DNA from: Lytechinus pictus
Taxonomy: Eukaryota
Assembly (NCBI RefSeq): GCF_037042905.1
Contig: NC_087252.1
Coordinates: 248,001-312,000 of the forward strand
Direction: 5' to 3'
DNA length: 64,000 bases
Part shown: piece by piece, positions 37,060-51,500 of the stretch
How the letters are laid out: every line of letters starts with the position of its first letter
How positions within the stretch are numbered: the first letter of the stretch is position 1
Made by a program: the position numbers and the translations under genes
The notes under the pieces: model-generated
The model's input: the letters and a program-made list of their open reading frames with translations, nothing else
What the model was told of the DNA's origin: nothing
The model's database searches: none

Positions 37060-38183
37060 ATGAGAATTCAAGCCAGCTGAGCTTCCTTCAAAGATCAGGT
37101 GATACATCATATGACAGGTCACATGACGAGGAGCATCTGCTGGAAGATTCATCAGATACTATCATTGGGAGCCAATCAAGTTTATCTGCCCATGATGGTC
37201 GCTCTCGTGGCTCTGGTTTCTTATTAAACCAAGTGGATTGCTATCAAGGATCAAGTTCTTCTGAAGTTGTTTCTGAAGCAAATAGTTTTCTCTGTTCTGT
37301 CTGCAAAATGGTGTTCGAAAACAGACATGACTTGTGTAAGCATCTGAAACTTAAACATGGGGTAGAAAAGCCGTATGACTGTACCCTTTGCAGAAGAAGT
37401 TACAAGTTTCGCTGTGAACTGAAGAGACACCTTAAAGGTCATACTGGTGAGAAAGCCTGTTCTTCTGACGTTGTTCCAGAAGCAAATTCCTTTCGTTGTA
37501 TTGTCTGCAAAAAGGTGTTCAATGAAAAAGATGGATTGTGTAAGCATCTCAAATTTATTCGTAGAGTAGAAAAGCCTCATGAATGTACTATTTGTTCAAG
37601 AAATTTTAAGTTTCGCTGCGAGCTGAAGAGACACCTAAGAGATCATAAAGGAGAGATGCGGCATGCATTTTCCTCTGGGGATAAACGCATCTGGGATATG
37701 TACAAGCTAAATGACCTTATGGCAGTCCGCACAACAGGAAAGAAACATTCTACAAGAGAGAAGCAGTTTCAGTGTTCATTCTGCAGTAAGACGTTTACCG
37801 GAAACTCATCCCTGAATCGACACGTAAAATCCCACATGGAGGGAAAACCATTTCAGTGCATGGACTGCAGTATGAGATTTCCCGATGCTAGCGCCCTCGC
37901 TAAGCATGCAACAATGCACTCTGGAGAGAAACCCTTTGAGTGTTCTATATGTAGTAAACGCTATGCTAATAAGTATCACTTCGCTGACCATGTGAAGCTC
38001 CACACTGGTGAGAGACCATACGCTTGCCCGATGTGTGAGAGAAGATTTATTAGAAAAGCAGATATGAAAAGACATGTGACAATACATACTGGAGAAAGAC
38101 CTTATGCTTGTTCTATGTGTCCAAAGAGGTTTAGGAATAGGAATACATTTGTTCTGCATTATGAAAAGACACACAGATACTAA
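37060..38183 (+). CDS. zinc-finger terminal exon B (8 intact plus degenerate C2H2 fingers), probably an alternative last exon of gene 2
   Basis: Acceptor tttgtttttacttag, phase 1. ORF 37005..38183. No upstream coding exon is visible in 34420-37059. Confidence 0.85.
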
Positions 38184-38680
38184 ATTGAAGCTTGTCTAAA
38201 TCTTTGTTAAAGGCTCAGTATCATCATACAGCATCCCAATAATACAAATTTGTAGTGGTCAAAGGATGAATTTTCAGCCAATTTAATTCCAATTTGGATT
38301 TTTTTTCACCTGTTAGAATTTAAATTTGGCATTTAGCACCCTCTCTCAGTAATGTTTTTAATACATGTTCTTTACACAATTTTCAGTACCTAATTAAATA
38401 TTAGAAAGCTACAGACTAAGTTTTAAGTTATGAAGTGCTTAGAATCATCATTGCATCATTAAGTGCTATAAAGAGCCCATATTGTTATCATTAATAATAT
38501 CAATCTTATGTTATGGTGAAGCACTATGAAGCTTTGTGTTAACATTGGGCCTTTGTCTGATAAATTGCTACATGTACAAGCATTAGTTGACTTTTCAAGT
38601 TTTAGAAAGTAGAATGCAGTCTTAATACTGCTACATGTATTACTTACAGTATTATACAACTCAAGGGGATATCTAAGAAT

Positions 38681-39037
38681 GGAGGAGCCATGGTGTAGTG
38701 GTTCTGACTCTTGTCTTGTAAACAGAGGGTCGTGTGTTCGAATCCCACCGCGGTCTGGTGTCCTTTGGCAAGGCGTTAATCCACACTTTGCCACTCTCTA
38801 CCCAGGTGCTAAATGGGTACCCGTTAGGATGTGAAAGTCATTGTAGATTGTCCAGTACTGTGTGCGCCTCACTGGCGACTGACTGGAATACTCCCCATGG
38901 AGTGGAGGATGTGCGCACATTGTGTGCGGGAATGACTGATTGAATCCGATGACCGCGGTAATGATATATCTGTAAAGCGTTTAGACATGTCGTTTCCGAT
39001 GTATTAAGCGCTATATAAAAATTGGATTATTATTATA
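38681..39037 (+). mobile_element. tRNA-derived SINE
   Basis: A box TGGTGTAGTGG, B box GTTCGAATCC, core CCCAGGTGCTAAATGGGTACC and (ATT)n tail. Confidence 0.85.
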
Positions 39038-39449
39038 ATGAATAACCAACGGTAAAAGGTTGGAAGATCTGAAATGAGAGAACACTCTTTATTTGTAAAA
39101 TATGTTTGCGTATTTAGATTAGGCTTGTATTGCTGCTCCCAATTAGTTATGGGATTTACGCTTTACTATGAAACTGTTGGAAAACTTGAAAATAATTTAG
39201 ATATTTTAGTATCTGATTCATCAGAATTCAGGGACATGTTTCACAAGTACACAATATCTATAACATATTTATTATCAGCCAATCAAATTGAATTATTTCA
39301 GTAGCTTTGAACTGTTATTGCATATTTGTTATTTGAAACAGGACTCAGATTCTATAATGAAACCTTCTTTCCTTACTTGATCGAAGCATCAAGTTAATAG
39401 CATCAAATCCACATGCTACATTTATTTATATGACAGAAAACAATAAAAA

Positions 39450-39775
39450 GCCTGTATTCTGAACTCCGGTTTAATTTAGACTACATATGGTCTATAAACC
39501 CAGTGCTAACATTATGGAAAGCAAAATTTTGTTTACTGTTTCTTTATATGTTTACTGTGCTTTTTCCTAAATTGTTAATGGTGAAGAGTGAAGACAACTA
39601 TCTTTATTTATCTTTCCTAGACAGTTAAGAATGCTTTGAGAGTCCAATGAGCTGGTAATTTGAACCACTACTGTTAGAGATTTACATGTACAACTGTATG
39701 TCACCATTGGCTATGCATAATTAAACAACAATTTAGACCAGAGTTTAAATTAAACCAGACTTCAGAATATAGGTC
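39450..39775. mobile_element. Harbinger-like MITE
   Basis: GCCTGTATTCTGAACTCCGGTTTAATTTA / TAAATTAAACCAGACTTCAGAATATAGG. Confidence 0.55.
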
Positions 39776-40889
39776 GATGTATTTACATGACTTTTTAATA
39801 AAATAGTGTGGAGAACTTGTCTCCATTTTAACAAAATTAATTTCATCAAAGATTATATTACACCAAAAATAGTAGTTTAATCTTTTTTTTACAGGACAAA
39901 ATTCAAATAATTTATGATTGTAAATAATAACAGTGAAAAAAATAATAAGTGGAGAGACGAAAAGATCATCTTGCTCAATGCATATTCATGAAGATATGAA
40001 TGGAACTGTTAGTTATTCCTTGCCCAGTGTTTACATGTATGAAATTGCAATACCGTAGTTGTTTTGTCTGTCTTATTTAACCTATCTGTTCAAATCATGA
40101 ATCTTACATTAAATCATTATGCCTCGTATGTGATTCTGTATACTGTATGTAATCTGTAAACTGACCTGTTAAGTATGTACTGCTGGTCATTATTTATGTG
40201 TATATAGCAGTGAATAAATATTGATATACATATGAAATTGTCACAAAGACTTAGTTTATTACATGTAGAAAGCCTACTCTAGAAAAAAAGTATGATCAAT
40301 TGTATTGTCGCACTTGTGAAGGAGAATATAGAAAAAAATAGTTCATAAAAAAGAGAAGTTGAAAATGGAATATTGGAAATCATAATTTTACGGGTGCACC
40401 TTCCACCCCACTCTGGATCCACACCTGAATAATAGATGATTGGAGAAATGACTGTTGAGAAAGAGTAGATAGTATTTATGAGAGCAGGGGGGGGGGGCAT
40501 TCCAGAGAGAGTTGCGACCCAATTAACTATTAAAAAAAACAAAAACAACTTATTTTCATGAAATGCGTGTCTTATGGATTTGTGAAAGAATTATTTCATG
40601 CGATTGACCTAGATCAAACACAAAAATAACAAGATTCATGGCCCTATGCAAACATTTTTGGTGGGGGGGGGGGGGCATGACAAAACCTTATTGAAAATAC
40701 TTGAAAGTGGGGGACCAAAGTGTGCAATCCTAATTGGGGCGCTTTTGCATTTTGTAAAGTGAGATAGAAGGGTTTTGCATGTATTTATGAAATTTTTGAA
40801 AATTTTCAGTAAAAATATAAGTTTTCAAAATATAGGGGGGGGGGAGGGGGAAGTGTGAAAAGATTGATTACAGAGTGAGAATGAAAAAC

Positions 40890-41534
40890 AGAAGATGATG
40901 ATGGTAATGTGGTAATGGAAAGGAAGATGATGATGGTAATGTAATGGAAAGAAAGATGATGATGGTAATGTGCAGAGGTGTCGATCCTGGGGGGGCAGGG
41001 GGGGCGATCGCCCCACCAATGAAAATATTGGGGGGGCAAACATATTGTTTTGCCCCCCAATAATTCCGCATGTGTAAAAAATAAAATAAGATTGTAATGT
41101 TACACAGAAATCAGCAAGCGAGATCGAAATACACAACTCGTTCTAAGCCTCAAAATAACTCGCGGTTCGATTTGCAATAATCTTTTGTTGGATATATATC
41201 TTGTTCTTAATTAAACTCAATTTTTTTCTGATCAAAATATCAAAATTTTCAGCTCGCGCTTCGCGCTCGCATCTATTGTTTTTTAGATACCCATCTTAAT
41301 CATTGGTACCAAAAATGCATAGAATATCAAGCTTACAGGTCAGAATATAAAGATATTTCACCTCCGGCTCTCGGCACTCGCATTATCTGTGTAGTGAGAT
41401 ATGTATCCTCATGACAAACAGTCCTAAACAGGCACCTTTTTCCTGTTATCAGATCAGAATACAAAAAAATTTCAGCTCGCGCTTCGCGCTCGCATTAATT
41501 TGTTGGTGAGATATGTGTCTCTATCTCATGAGTC

Positions 41535-41592
<58 letters not shown>

Positions 41593-42015
41593 GTGTGTGT
41601 GTATAGATATATATATATAGGCATATAAGGGGGTGTGTGTGGGTGAGTTTGTTTGTTTTGTGTGATCGAGCGCCTTTGGAAAGTTGATTCATGATTTTGC
41701 CCCCCAATCTGAAAAATGGATCGACGCCCCTGGTAATGTGGTAATGGAAAGAAAGATGATGATGGTAATGTGGTAATGGAAAGAAAGATGATGATGGTAA
41801 TGTGGTAATGGAAAGGAAGATGATGATGGTAACGTGGTAATAGAAAGAAAGATGATGATGGTAATGGAAAGAAAGATGATGATGGTAATGTGGTAATGGA
41901 AAAAAAAATGATGATGGTAATGTGGTAATGGAAAGAAAGATGATGATGGTAATGTGGTAATAGAAAGAAAGATGATGATGGTAATGTGGTAATGGAAAGG
42001 AAGATGATGGTAGTG
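40890..42015. repeat. ~32-bp purine-rich minisatellite (GATGATGATGGTAATGTGGTAATGGAAAGAAA) split by a MITE
   Basis: About 3 units before 40973 and about 9 after 41732. Confidence 0.85.
40973..41732. mobile_element. hAT-type MITE with CTCGCGCTTCGCGCTCGC motifs and a (TA)n tract
   Basis: 8-bp TSD GTAATGTG and TIR CAGRGGYGTCGATCC. Confidence 0.8.
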
Positions 42016-42490
42016 AAAAAGAAGAGAGGGAGAAGACAAATGATTATGAAGAAGAAAGGAGCTGATAAAAGGTCTATCAGTATTTCACGTCTCCCTAGCT
42101 TGCAGGACCAAGGATGACAGTTTTCTGAAAGAAACTACTTTTTCCTGTGTCGAGATAATTATACTTTATGAGTAGATGTGACGTGTGCTTTGGTCCTTAT
42201 GACGCGGGGAGAGGGGACGTTAATGGACCCCCTAGTCATGAACACCATGCTGGACTCATAACAGTAGCAGAAATGGGCCAAAAATTTGGCTTAGAAGCGA
42301 TGTATAATGGGTAAAATTTATAAAAAGCTGCAAGCGAGCAAAAAAAAATACCTCTAATATAATTTTGTGACAGAAAAATCACATTTCATTCCTTTTCCTT
42401 ATTTTTATATATTTTTTTTCTTGGTTGTGATTTTCTTGGGGTCCATTACCCCAATCTCTAGTGCCCATTTTAAACATGTAGGTCTACTAT

Positions 42491-45400
42491 CAGGGGCGGA
42501 TCCAGCTTCCGCCAATAGGGAGGGGGCGAACATTTGTTTCTCCCATATTTTCCCTGATCAGCCGCTCAAAATTGATTTTTGTTTGTATCTTTGAATGGGT
42601 AGTCACCATATATAGCTTTATTATTTTAAAACAACATAAATATATATATAATCTCATAACCCTATTTAAATAGGGCGAGCGCGAGCTATTTTTTTTTTAT
42701 TTCATGTATTTTGTTATAAAAATTTAACATTCTGGGCAATGTTTGTGATCTTCAACAGTAAGATGCGTATGTAACTAAATAATTACTGCGAGCAGAAAGT
42801 TCTAATATACTACATATTCTAGCCTGATCGTAAAGGGGACTGCAGTTTGCGGCTGTGAAGACAATGCATATTTCAACAATCAAATATTTTTTTGACGTTC
42901 TGACCTAAAAAAATTAAATTCTAAGCACTTTTTTGTAATCATGACCACGATAGGTAGGCCTATATACGATTGATGCGAGCGCGAAATGCGAGCGAAAAAA
43001 TAAGAGTAAGACCTAAAAAAAATATTCATGCTGTGTAAATCATGAAAACTGGGCAATTGGAAGGAAATTTTTGATGTTCTTACCTGAAACTTGACAATTT
43101 AAGCACATTTTAAATAAAGAACAATTAAGCTGCGTATCTCAATTGACATGCGTGAGCGTGCTTTAGATTTAGACATATAGGCTATAAATACTGATAATTC
43201 TAAATCATGAAAATCAATTATGCGAAAATGCGAAGCGCGAGCTAAAATATTTGATATTCCGATCTGAAAAAGGGTAAATTTAAGCACTATTTCAAGCGCT
43301 AGCTGCATGTGTACGAAATTGTGAAGTGGATATGGACTCCACTTAATAAATGATGCGAAGCGTAAGCTGATATTTTTATCAATATTTTGACCGAGGACCG
43401 GCGCGGCGGCATTTTGAGAACATTCGTCATCAGCATAGGCGGATCTAGTGGGGAGGGGGGCCCGAGGGGCCCGGCCCCCCCCCCCCTATTGGCGGAGCAA
43501 AAAAAAAGAATGGGAAAGAAAGAAAAAAAAAAAAAAAAGGGAAGAGAGAGGAGAAAAAAGGGGGAACATAAGAGAAAGAACACGAGTGAATATAATAAGA
43601 TGAGGGGAAGACTTGGAAAATAATTTTTAAAAATCTTTCATGTCACTATACAAAATTTTCGCTTGCGCTTCGCGCTCGCATTGCCTTTTAGGTTATTTAC
43701 ATTATCTTGTCAGTATGCAGTTTAAATATCAAGTTTGGAAGTCAATATACAAAACATATTAAATCTCGAAAATGAAACTTTTTAATTATTTTGTGTGATT
43801 TACAAATTGATTTTTTAAAAGTGCTCTGTAAAAATTTAATTTTTATGGTCTGAATATAAATATTTTCTGCTCGCGCTACGCGTTTGCAAATTTTGATTTT
43901 TCAGGTACCTATTATTTTCGTGTATTCTATAAAGTTGTCAAAATATCCCTTTTCAGGTCTGATTATTAAAACGTACCAGCTAGCGCTGCACGCTCGCATT
44001 TTGATTGGCGAATTATGTATGTCTCAATATTGATTATACAACAAACTACTTAAAATCCCCGTTTCATGACAGTGTAAAAAAAAATTAGGCTCGCAATTTG
44101 CATTAATGGTTAATATTAACTAATGCAATATGCATCCTAGTTATATTTAAAAAAGTGGTTGAAATGTCCAGTTTTCAGGCCATCATATATATCATCAGAT
44201 TTCGCGCCCTCATTAGGCATTAATGAATAGGATATTGATTTAATAATTGAATTGTCCCTTTTGTTTCATCTCGCGCTTAGCAAGGTGAATAGGACACAGT
44301 CTCCATTTTATGTGCCGGTCCTATGTCAAAACTCAAAGTAATAATAATTAAAAATATTAGCTCCTTATAAAGTGCGATCCATATCCACCTCACAATTTTC
44401 CTACAAATTAAAGTGCTTGAAATATAAAGCTGAAATTGACTCATTTTTTTCAGATCGGAATATCAAATAGTTTAAGCTCGCGCTTTGCGCTCGCTCTGAT
44501 TTTCACGATTAAAGATGTATTTAGAATGCCTATATTATATGAAACACGCGCGCGCATGTTTATTCGATACTCAACTTGTTCTCTATTCAAATCATTATCC
44601 AGTTTCAGATCACAATATAAAATTTTTTCTGCTTGCGCTTTGTGCTCACATTATTAATGTAGAAAGATCCCCTATTACTTTCTTTTCATGATTTACAAAA
44701 CATGAATAGATTGTCCCGTTTTTAGGTCTAAATCTCGATTTTTTTTTCGCGCTCGCATCAATTGTTTAGTTATATAGCTATCTTGTTCACGATTATAAAA
44801 ATTGATTAAATTTTTTTATTCTTTAAGTAGAAATGTCAATTTTTTTTTCAACTCGCGCTTCGCGCTCGCATTATTTGATTGTTGAAATATGTAACGTCTT
44901 CATGGCTAAGTGGCAGTCCTTAACAGGTACCTTTTCGATCAGTTCAAAACGCATATGAAAATTTTCTGCTCGTGCTTTGCGCTCGCATTATTAAAGTAAG
45001 GAAGATCCCCAATTACTCATCCTTTTCATGATTTACAAAACATGAATAGAGTGTCTCGTTCAGTAGGTATACTATCTCGAAATTCTCCGCTAGCGCTTCG
45101 CGCTCGCATCAATTGTTTAGTTATATACCTATTCTGTTTAAGTTACAAAAAGTGCTTGGAATGTCCATTCTTTGGGTAAAAATGTCAAAAGATTTCAGCT
45201 CGCGCTTCGCGCTCGCATTATTTGATTGTTAAAATATGTAACGTCTTCATGGCTAACGGCTGGCAGTCTTTAACAGTACCCTTTCCATTAGTTCATTTCT
45301 GCTCGCGCTTCACGTTTGTAGTAATTATTCATTTGCATACACATCTTTTTCAGGATAACAAACATTGCCCAGAATTTTCATATTTTATGAAAAAATGCAT

Positions 45401-45530
45401 AAGATTTCCAAAAATCTAGCTCACGCTTCAAGCTCGCATTATATAAATAAGGATTATGATCATATGCTATATTTATGTTGCTTAATAAGAATAAAGCTAA
45501 AACGTGGCTATTGGGACTACCCCTTCAAAG
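42491..45530. mobile_element. two truncated hAT-like elements carrying arrays of the GCGAGCGCGAAGCGCGAG motif in opposite orientations
   Basis: Left ends CAGGGGCGGATCCAG (42491) and CATAGGCGGATCTAG (~43433). The motif recurs about every 70-100 bp, forward in 42670-43370 and reverse in 43660-45440. Confidence 0.55.
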
Positions 45531-48500
45531 GAAGGCTGAGGAAGCAAGTGTTTGGGGGAAATCCCAGTGATTGAGCGACTATGACCGCTACTTAGTATTT
45601 GAATTATTTTCTCTGTTCGTGTATTTGTCCTATTTCCTTGAATAGACATACACTACACAATCCGTTGAGATCTCATTGTCAAAGAAATTATAATGGCATT
45701 TGATATAAACATTAACCTATGAAAACTGAACGATCAAACTAACGAATAGTATATAATTATAGTGAAACTTGCGAATTGCAGTGAGATGCCCCCGGCCCTT
45801 GCGGGGGGGGGGGGGGACTTAGAATAAAATTAATGTATGATACTATGCCGCAGTCGAGACCCCCATTCTGAATGTTAGTTTCCGTTCCAGAGCATTACCA
45901 ATTTAGAAAGCCTTAGAAATTGCATTTTTTCTTCAGTTTTTAGTCCGGATGCCCTACTTTGTTTCTTGTGCCCGCCCGTCTTGAATTACTCGGCACAGTG
46001 GCAAATTGCCCATTGGCTGCGTTCAGTGTCGGAGACCGCTGATTGATTTATCGGTTAATGCTACTTCAAATAATTTCATTTCGTCCTTATTTTGCTTCAG
46101 TTTACTTTTTGTTAAATATATATATTTTGCATATCCTTGTTGATATAAAATGAAGATTTGTATTTTTTTTTTATTTATCTGGAGTTTATGTAATCCATTT
46201 GAATGAAATCCTTAATAAAAACATGTTGAAAAAAAGTGTGTGTGTGTGTGGGGGGGGGGGGTGTCTATAACTGTGTGTGTACGTGGCAGAAATCCTGTGA
46301 AAATCAACGGTTCCAGAAACCCAATTTTCGGTCAGCATTGTCAGTTCAAGAGTGTATTGCAAGTTTAACCATGCACCGTCGATCCTACAGCAGTTCCGGG
46401 GACCCCTAAGAAGACCAAGGTTTAGTTTCATCAGAGCTCCCTATTTTCAATTTTGGCGTGGCACATGACATAGGTATCGTGTTATAATTCGATTACCCCC
46501 CCCCCCTTTTCCCGAGGGTGAATGAATGATCAAAATCGAAATTCTAATTTTTTTTTCAAATCTCCCTTCAAGAATAAAAGCAAATGTCAATTCGAAATCG
46601 TTATGGTGATATCGGCTACGACTTGAAACCGATTCAGACTTCACTCCGACCACAAGGCTTGAAGCAAAGCAGAATCATGATTTTAGTATTCCTGATGGCA
46701 ATTAGCCGAACAAATAAAATTATTTCACTTCTGGGAACTTTCAGATTTAATTAAAGAGTGCGATTTGTTCTAAAATCGCGTCTGTATAGTGTGCGCTGGG
46801 ATTTACATTACCGTGCACATATTGATCATTGGAATCTCAGAATGGCTGCAAAATACTGCTTCATTCGAGAGAGAAGTCGAATGATGTCTGTGTGTGCCAT
46901 GATCTGTTTGAAGATCCCCGATACTTAGCGTAACCTTGCAACTATTGATGGCACTGTTTTTATGAAGAACGTTAACTTCTTGATAGTTGCAGGACATGGA
47001 ACGTTCCATGCTGCAAAGGAGGAAATTCCCACAGTGTATATTAATATGCAAGTAAATAGTATTCATAATCTTTGAAAGTTTCCAGACTTCGGAAATGTGT
47101 CATCCATGACGAGAATGTTTTTTAGTTAAACAATAGTAGTTTGTGTATATTTTGTTTTTCGATTTTTATCCATAGTGGATACGGGAGTGGATGGTGGTAC
47201 TGTATAGTATTTCTAATTTCATCAACATCGTCATATTTTTCTTTTAGACATATCTCGTCAAATAAAACTATACTTTACGATCAATGGAAGTTAAAAACAA
47301 AGGGCTGAAATAGTTAATTGGTCAAAATGGAAACCAGTTTGAAGGTAAAGTCATCAGCTGATCGAGGTATTCCACGTAAATTCTTTATTTTCTAAATGAA
47401 CATATAGAGTATAGAGTATCTGTTGTAAATATAACTCTCTTTATAGTAATCCGGGGGTACGCTCACCTTAAAGAGCCCCCTCCCCCAGCTAAAATGGACA
47501 AATAATCAAAGTCATTACCATGATTGTATTTGCAAAGAATGTCTTCAAATCTCATCCTTTCATCATGTTCATATATTTACTAGATTGGTTATGTTGCATG
47601 TGGTGTATCATGAGTCCTTCTATTTTACCTATACTATACATACTATAGGCATATTGTGAATTGTGATGTATGCACGCATTCCCTAAAACTATGCAAACAT
47701 TGATCAGTTTGTCAGCTTGCAATAATTGACAAAAATATTTCTTTTAATTCGGTTCGCAATCGATAGGCCTAAAGAATGCCATATTCTACAACTCAGTCAA
47801 TGTTTTTAACCCCCCCCCCTCCTCGCTGCCAAGAAAAATGCTAGATTTATAAGGGTCAAAATTATGCTTAAACGTTTAACGCTTGATATACAACCTTGCA
47901 ACTTATGATTATTTATTGATTCATCTTCCCTTCTCTTTTTTTTTCATAGTCTTACACACCTTTTTCATAAAATTCGCTCCGACACGACATTATGCGTTGG
48001 CCAGTCAACGCACAATTAAGGTTGTACTGCCGACATTAAAGAATGGTTGTTATATTTAAGTTTTTATTGAAACAAATCAAACCAACTTGCAAAAACTATA
48101 AATTTTACAATTATTGATTGAGATGATCAGTAGCGTGCAACACCTCCGACTCCAGCGCGGGCTCACAGCATCCAAGCTTGCGGCTTTGGGACATTTTAGC
48201 ATCGTTTGGCAGACACTTTTTACGTTAAGAATCTATTGAAAATGCCCGTCAAATCACAGTTGGCAGATTAGAGGTCACTGTCGAAAGTTGGTGGACCGGC
48301 GGGACAGCACATCGTCTTCAGATTCGGACCGGAAAAAATGCAAATATATCGTTTAATTAAACAGAGTCCAGGACGACACTACTGTTTTGATTGACCGATT
48401 TTTGACAAAGGCTACTAATTTGCAACTGATTAAGGGTTTTTGACAATAGATTTTCTGCGTTATAGAAAGCATCTGCGATTGATTGCTAAAATGCCCTCAT

Positions 48501-48542
48501 ATACACAGCTGAGTGTAAAATTAAACTGGTTCATTTGTATTA

Positions 48543-51500
48543 TCATAAATGTAAATCAGTGGGATATGATATTACTGATGTTGGTGGCTTCTGTAAGTCC
48601 CACATGTCGATTAAATCGAGATAACTTTTTACATATCCATCAATCATAGTCCTCTCTTCTTGTGTAAATGGGTCCAGACTCGTATTTGAAGTTTGTCTGT
48701 GAAACTTTCCCTCCGCATTGGCTATTGTACACGCAAGACGTTCTTCATCGATCGATACATTAAGGTAGTCTAGGATTCGTCGCATCTCGTCCGCTATGTG
48801 GAGTTTGAGTTGTTCGTAATAAACGATTATCATTGACTTGCAAACATTCCTTGGGGAATGACAGCTTGAGATAAGATGTTCAGGAAGACCAATCCAACTC
48901 CGGGAAAATCTCCTCACATATCTATGCCATTCTACATAAAAGAAAATAACAGTGAATGGAAATTATTGAATCGAAACATAATTAAGACCCATCTTAAGCA
49001 CAATATGTGCATGTGGACCTATAGCTATCATTAGGTAGTTTTCCCATTTACGACGGGTTTAATTTTCAGTAAATCACCGCTTGTCCTCAGGGGATGTGTT
49101 AAGAAAGTTTTAAAAATCATATAAATATTTATTTATTTAATTATTCATTTCAAAATATTTATTCAGGATAAAAACATGTATCAGCACAATGGCTGTTTTA
49201 CATCATGGTCCTGAAGGACAAAATATAATCAGTAAAATAAATTCAATATTCATAATATTCTAGCAACAAAGCGAATATAATCACGAATAATCACGAATAC
49301 TTTCACAGTGAATTTGAAAATGAAGATCTTGCTCTGTCTATGCGCAATTAGAAATGTGAAAAGTCTTAGCATGCTTGACATAGCGTGATGTAGAATGTGC
49401 ATAGATCATGTGAGTAGAATAGCACATCAATGAATTTCATGAGTATATTTGTTGCATTTCTACTCCAATGTAGTAACTTTTTGCACTTTGCCTACTGATG
49501 TGTACCTATGGACGCATTGCTTTTTAGTGGATCGATCCAATGAAAAGCACTTGAATAATCGTAGCTGCTATTGTTTCAAAATGCACAAACTCCTGCAAAA
49601 AAAATCAAGAATCTCATTGGATATTAATCCACTACGCCATCTGAGTTTAAATGACTTTCTTATATGCGCAGAATGGAACCACAAACTCAAGTGGATAGTA
49701 TGTTGAATTAACAGAGAGTGACACCCAGAAACAAAGACTCATGTACACATAGGCCTATAGCTATATACTGGTGATGTAACTTATAATCCTTATAACGTCT
49801 ATATCTTGGATAATCTATGAAAAAAATACCTTCAGTTTGGAACTTGTAAATAGGGGCATGGCCCGTCTTGCCAGCTTTTCTTCTGTTAAATTCTGATACC
49901 AATGCCCGGTAAGGATTGCGTACAAGTAGAATGGCACCAACCATGTGTGACGTCATGTTACCCCGGGCCATGTTATGTGTTTTCACTGTAAGAGTCGTTC
50001 CAATAAGGTGATCTTCCTTTTCACCTATAAAACCTGTTGTGGGATAGAATTCGTGAAAAGATTGTTCACAACTTACGGAATAGAATAGACAGTTTCGAAA
50101 CCCAGATCAAGCCACATGGTTGATATGCATCTGCGCTCAAGATCGAGGGAGTCCAACTTAAAAAAAATTGTTCTCAGAGGGAAAAGAAAAATGTAGAGAG
50201 GTGAAAGTTTGAACAATATCGGACAAACACGATTCAAATTTCTTTTATTGGTCAATGTATGCATACAATTAAAGATATTTGGTTTTCAATGGCTTTAACA
50301 ATAGGGGTAAGTAAACACAAAGATGGAAATACAGTATATCATGACAATATTGAAAAACTGTACATAAATAAACAAAATAATAACTTTCTGCAATTTTCCT
50401 TTAATACCCTTAAATAAACATAATGCATGTGTATGATGATAAAAGCTATAACACCCCCACCCCACCTCAATCCTACTATACATGGAATATAGTCATCATT
50501 AAATTTCGAAAACAATAAAACGAAAGAAATGGTAGATACATGTAAGAACATTAAGAAAGAAATAAAGAAAGTATGGGGACTTCTGCAAACTGGCCGCATT
50601 GTTCATGTCATATTAAGGGAATTAAGGACCACTATCTTCCAGTATATATATTGTATAAAAATGCGATTTATTGTCATTATTAATATCATGTTTTTAATTT
50701 GCCGATTTTAAGGAAAAATGTCGGGATAATGTAAGATTTTGTTTAAAAAAGTGTTCAATGTGAAATACATTCCCCCCCCCCTGTTATTCTATAGGGGAAC
50801 TGGCAGCCAGCCGGTCATCACCCAACAGTAAGAAGGATGGATCCATATTTCATAAGAGCGGGTTTTACTATGAAAAAAAGTCAACAAGTTTGACAATCAT
50901 ACAATAGAGTTTTCATATAAAAAACGGGATGAGCTTAGGAAGATGGGATGGGGGGGGGGGGGCACTTCCATTGACGAGTGGATACCATGCGCGACCATGG
51001 GGTCTCGAAAAGCACCGTAATCAAGTATTTTCCATATTCTGAAATACACCCCTTAACAAGTATTGGCGTGTGAAACCCTATACCCTTAACAAGTGTTGAA
51101 AACAAAACGATACCCTTGGCAAGTATTCCCTGAATTGAACCCCTGCCCCTCGGATAAGAGGCATGCCATGAGTACCTTGGTTGATGAGTGTCCTGCTATG
51201 ATAAATGCTTCCTGTTGCAAATCCAGTTGATGTCTCTATGAGATGCCTAACCCATGTATTACCCGATCCTTGATAGCTAGCTAGAGCTATAGTTGGGAAG
51301 GTGTTCTTCGGCATGAGACGTGTGTCGTCACAACTCTCTATGATTGCACCTGTATTTAGAATGAGTACATACGAGAAGAATATAAGGGTTATCAGTGATG
51401 AATTTATGCCAAGGACCGGTGAACAAGCAACGAAAACGTCCCATGACCTATGTCCGAGCCTGACGTATGAGCAGAGTATGGGAGCGAACGGTTCAATTTC

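Noticed and set aside
42670..45440. Repeat-spacer pattern resembling a CRISPR array
   Set aside because: Motif copies are degenerate, spacing is irregular, spacers are related to each other, and the arrays lie behind hAT-like termini.
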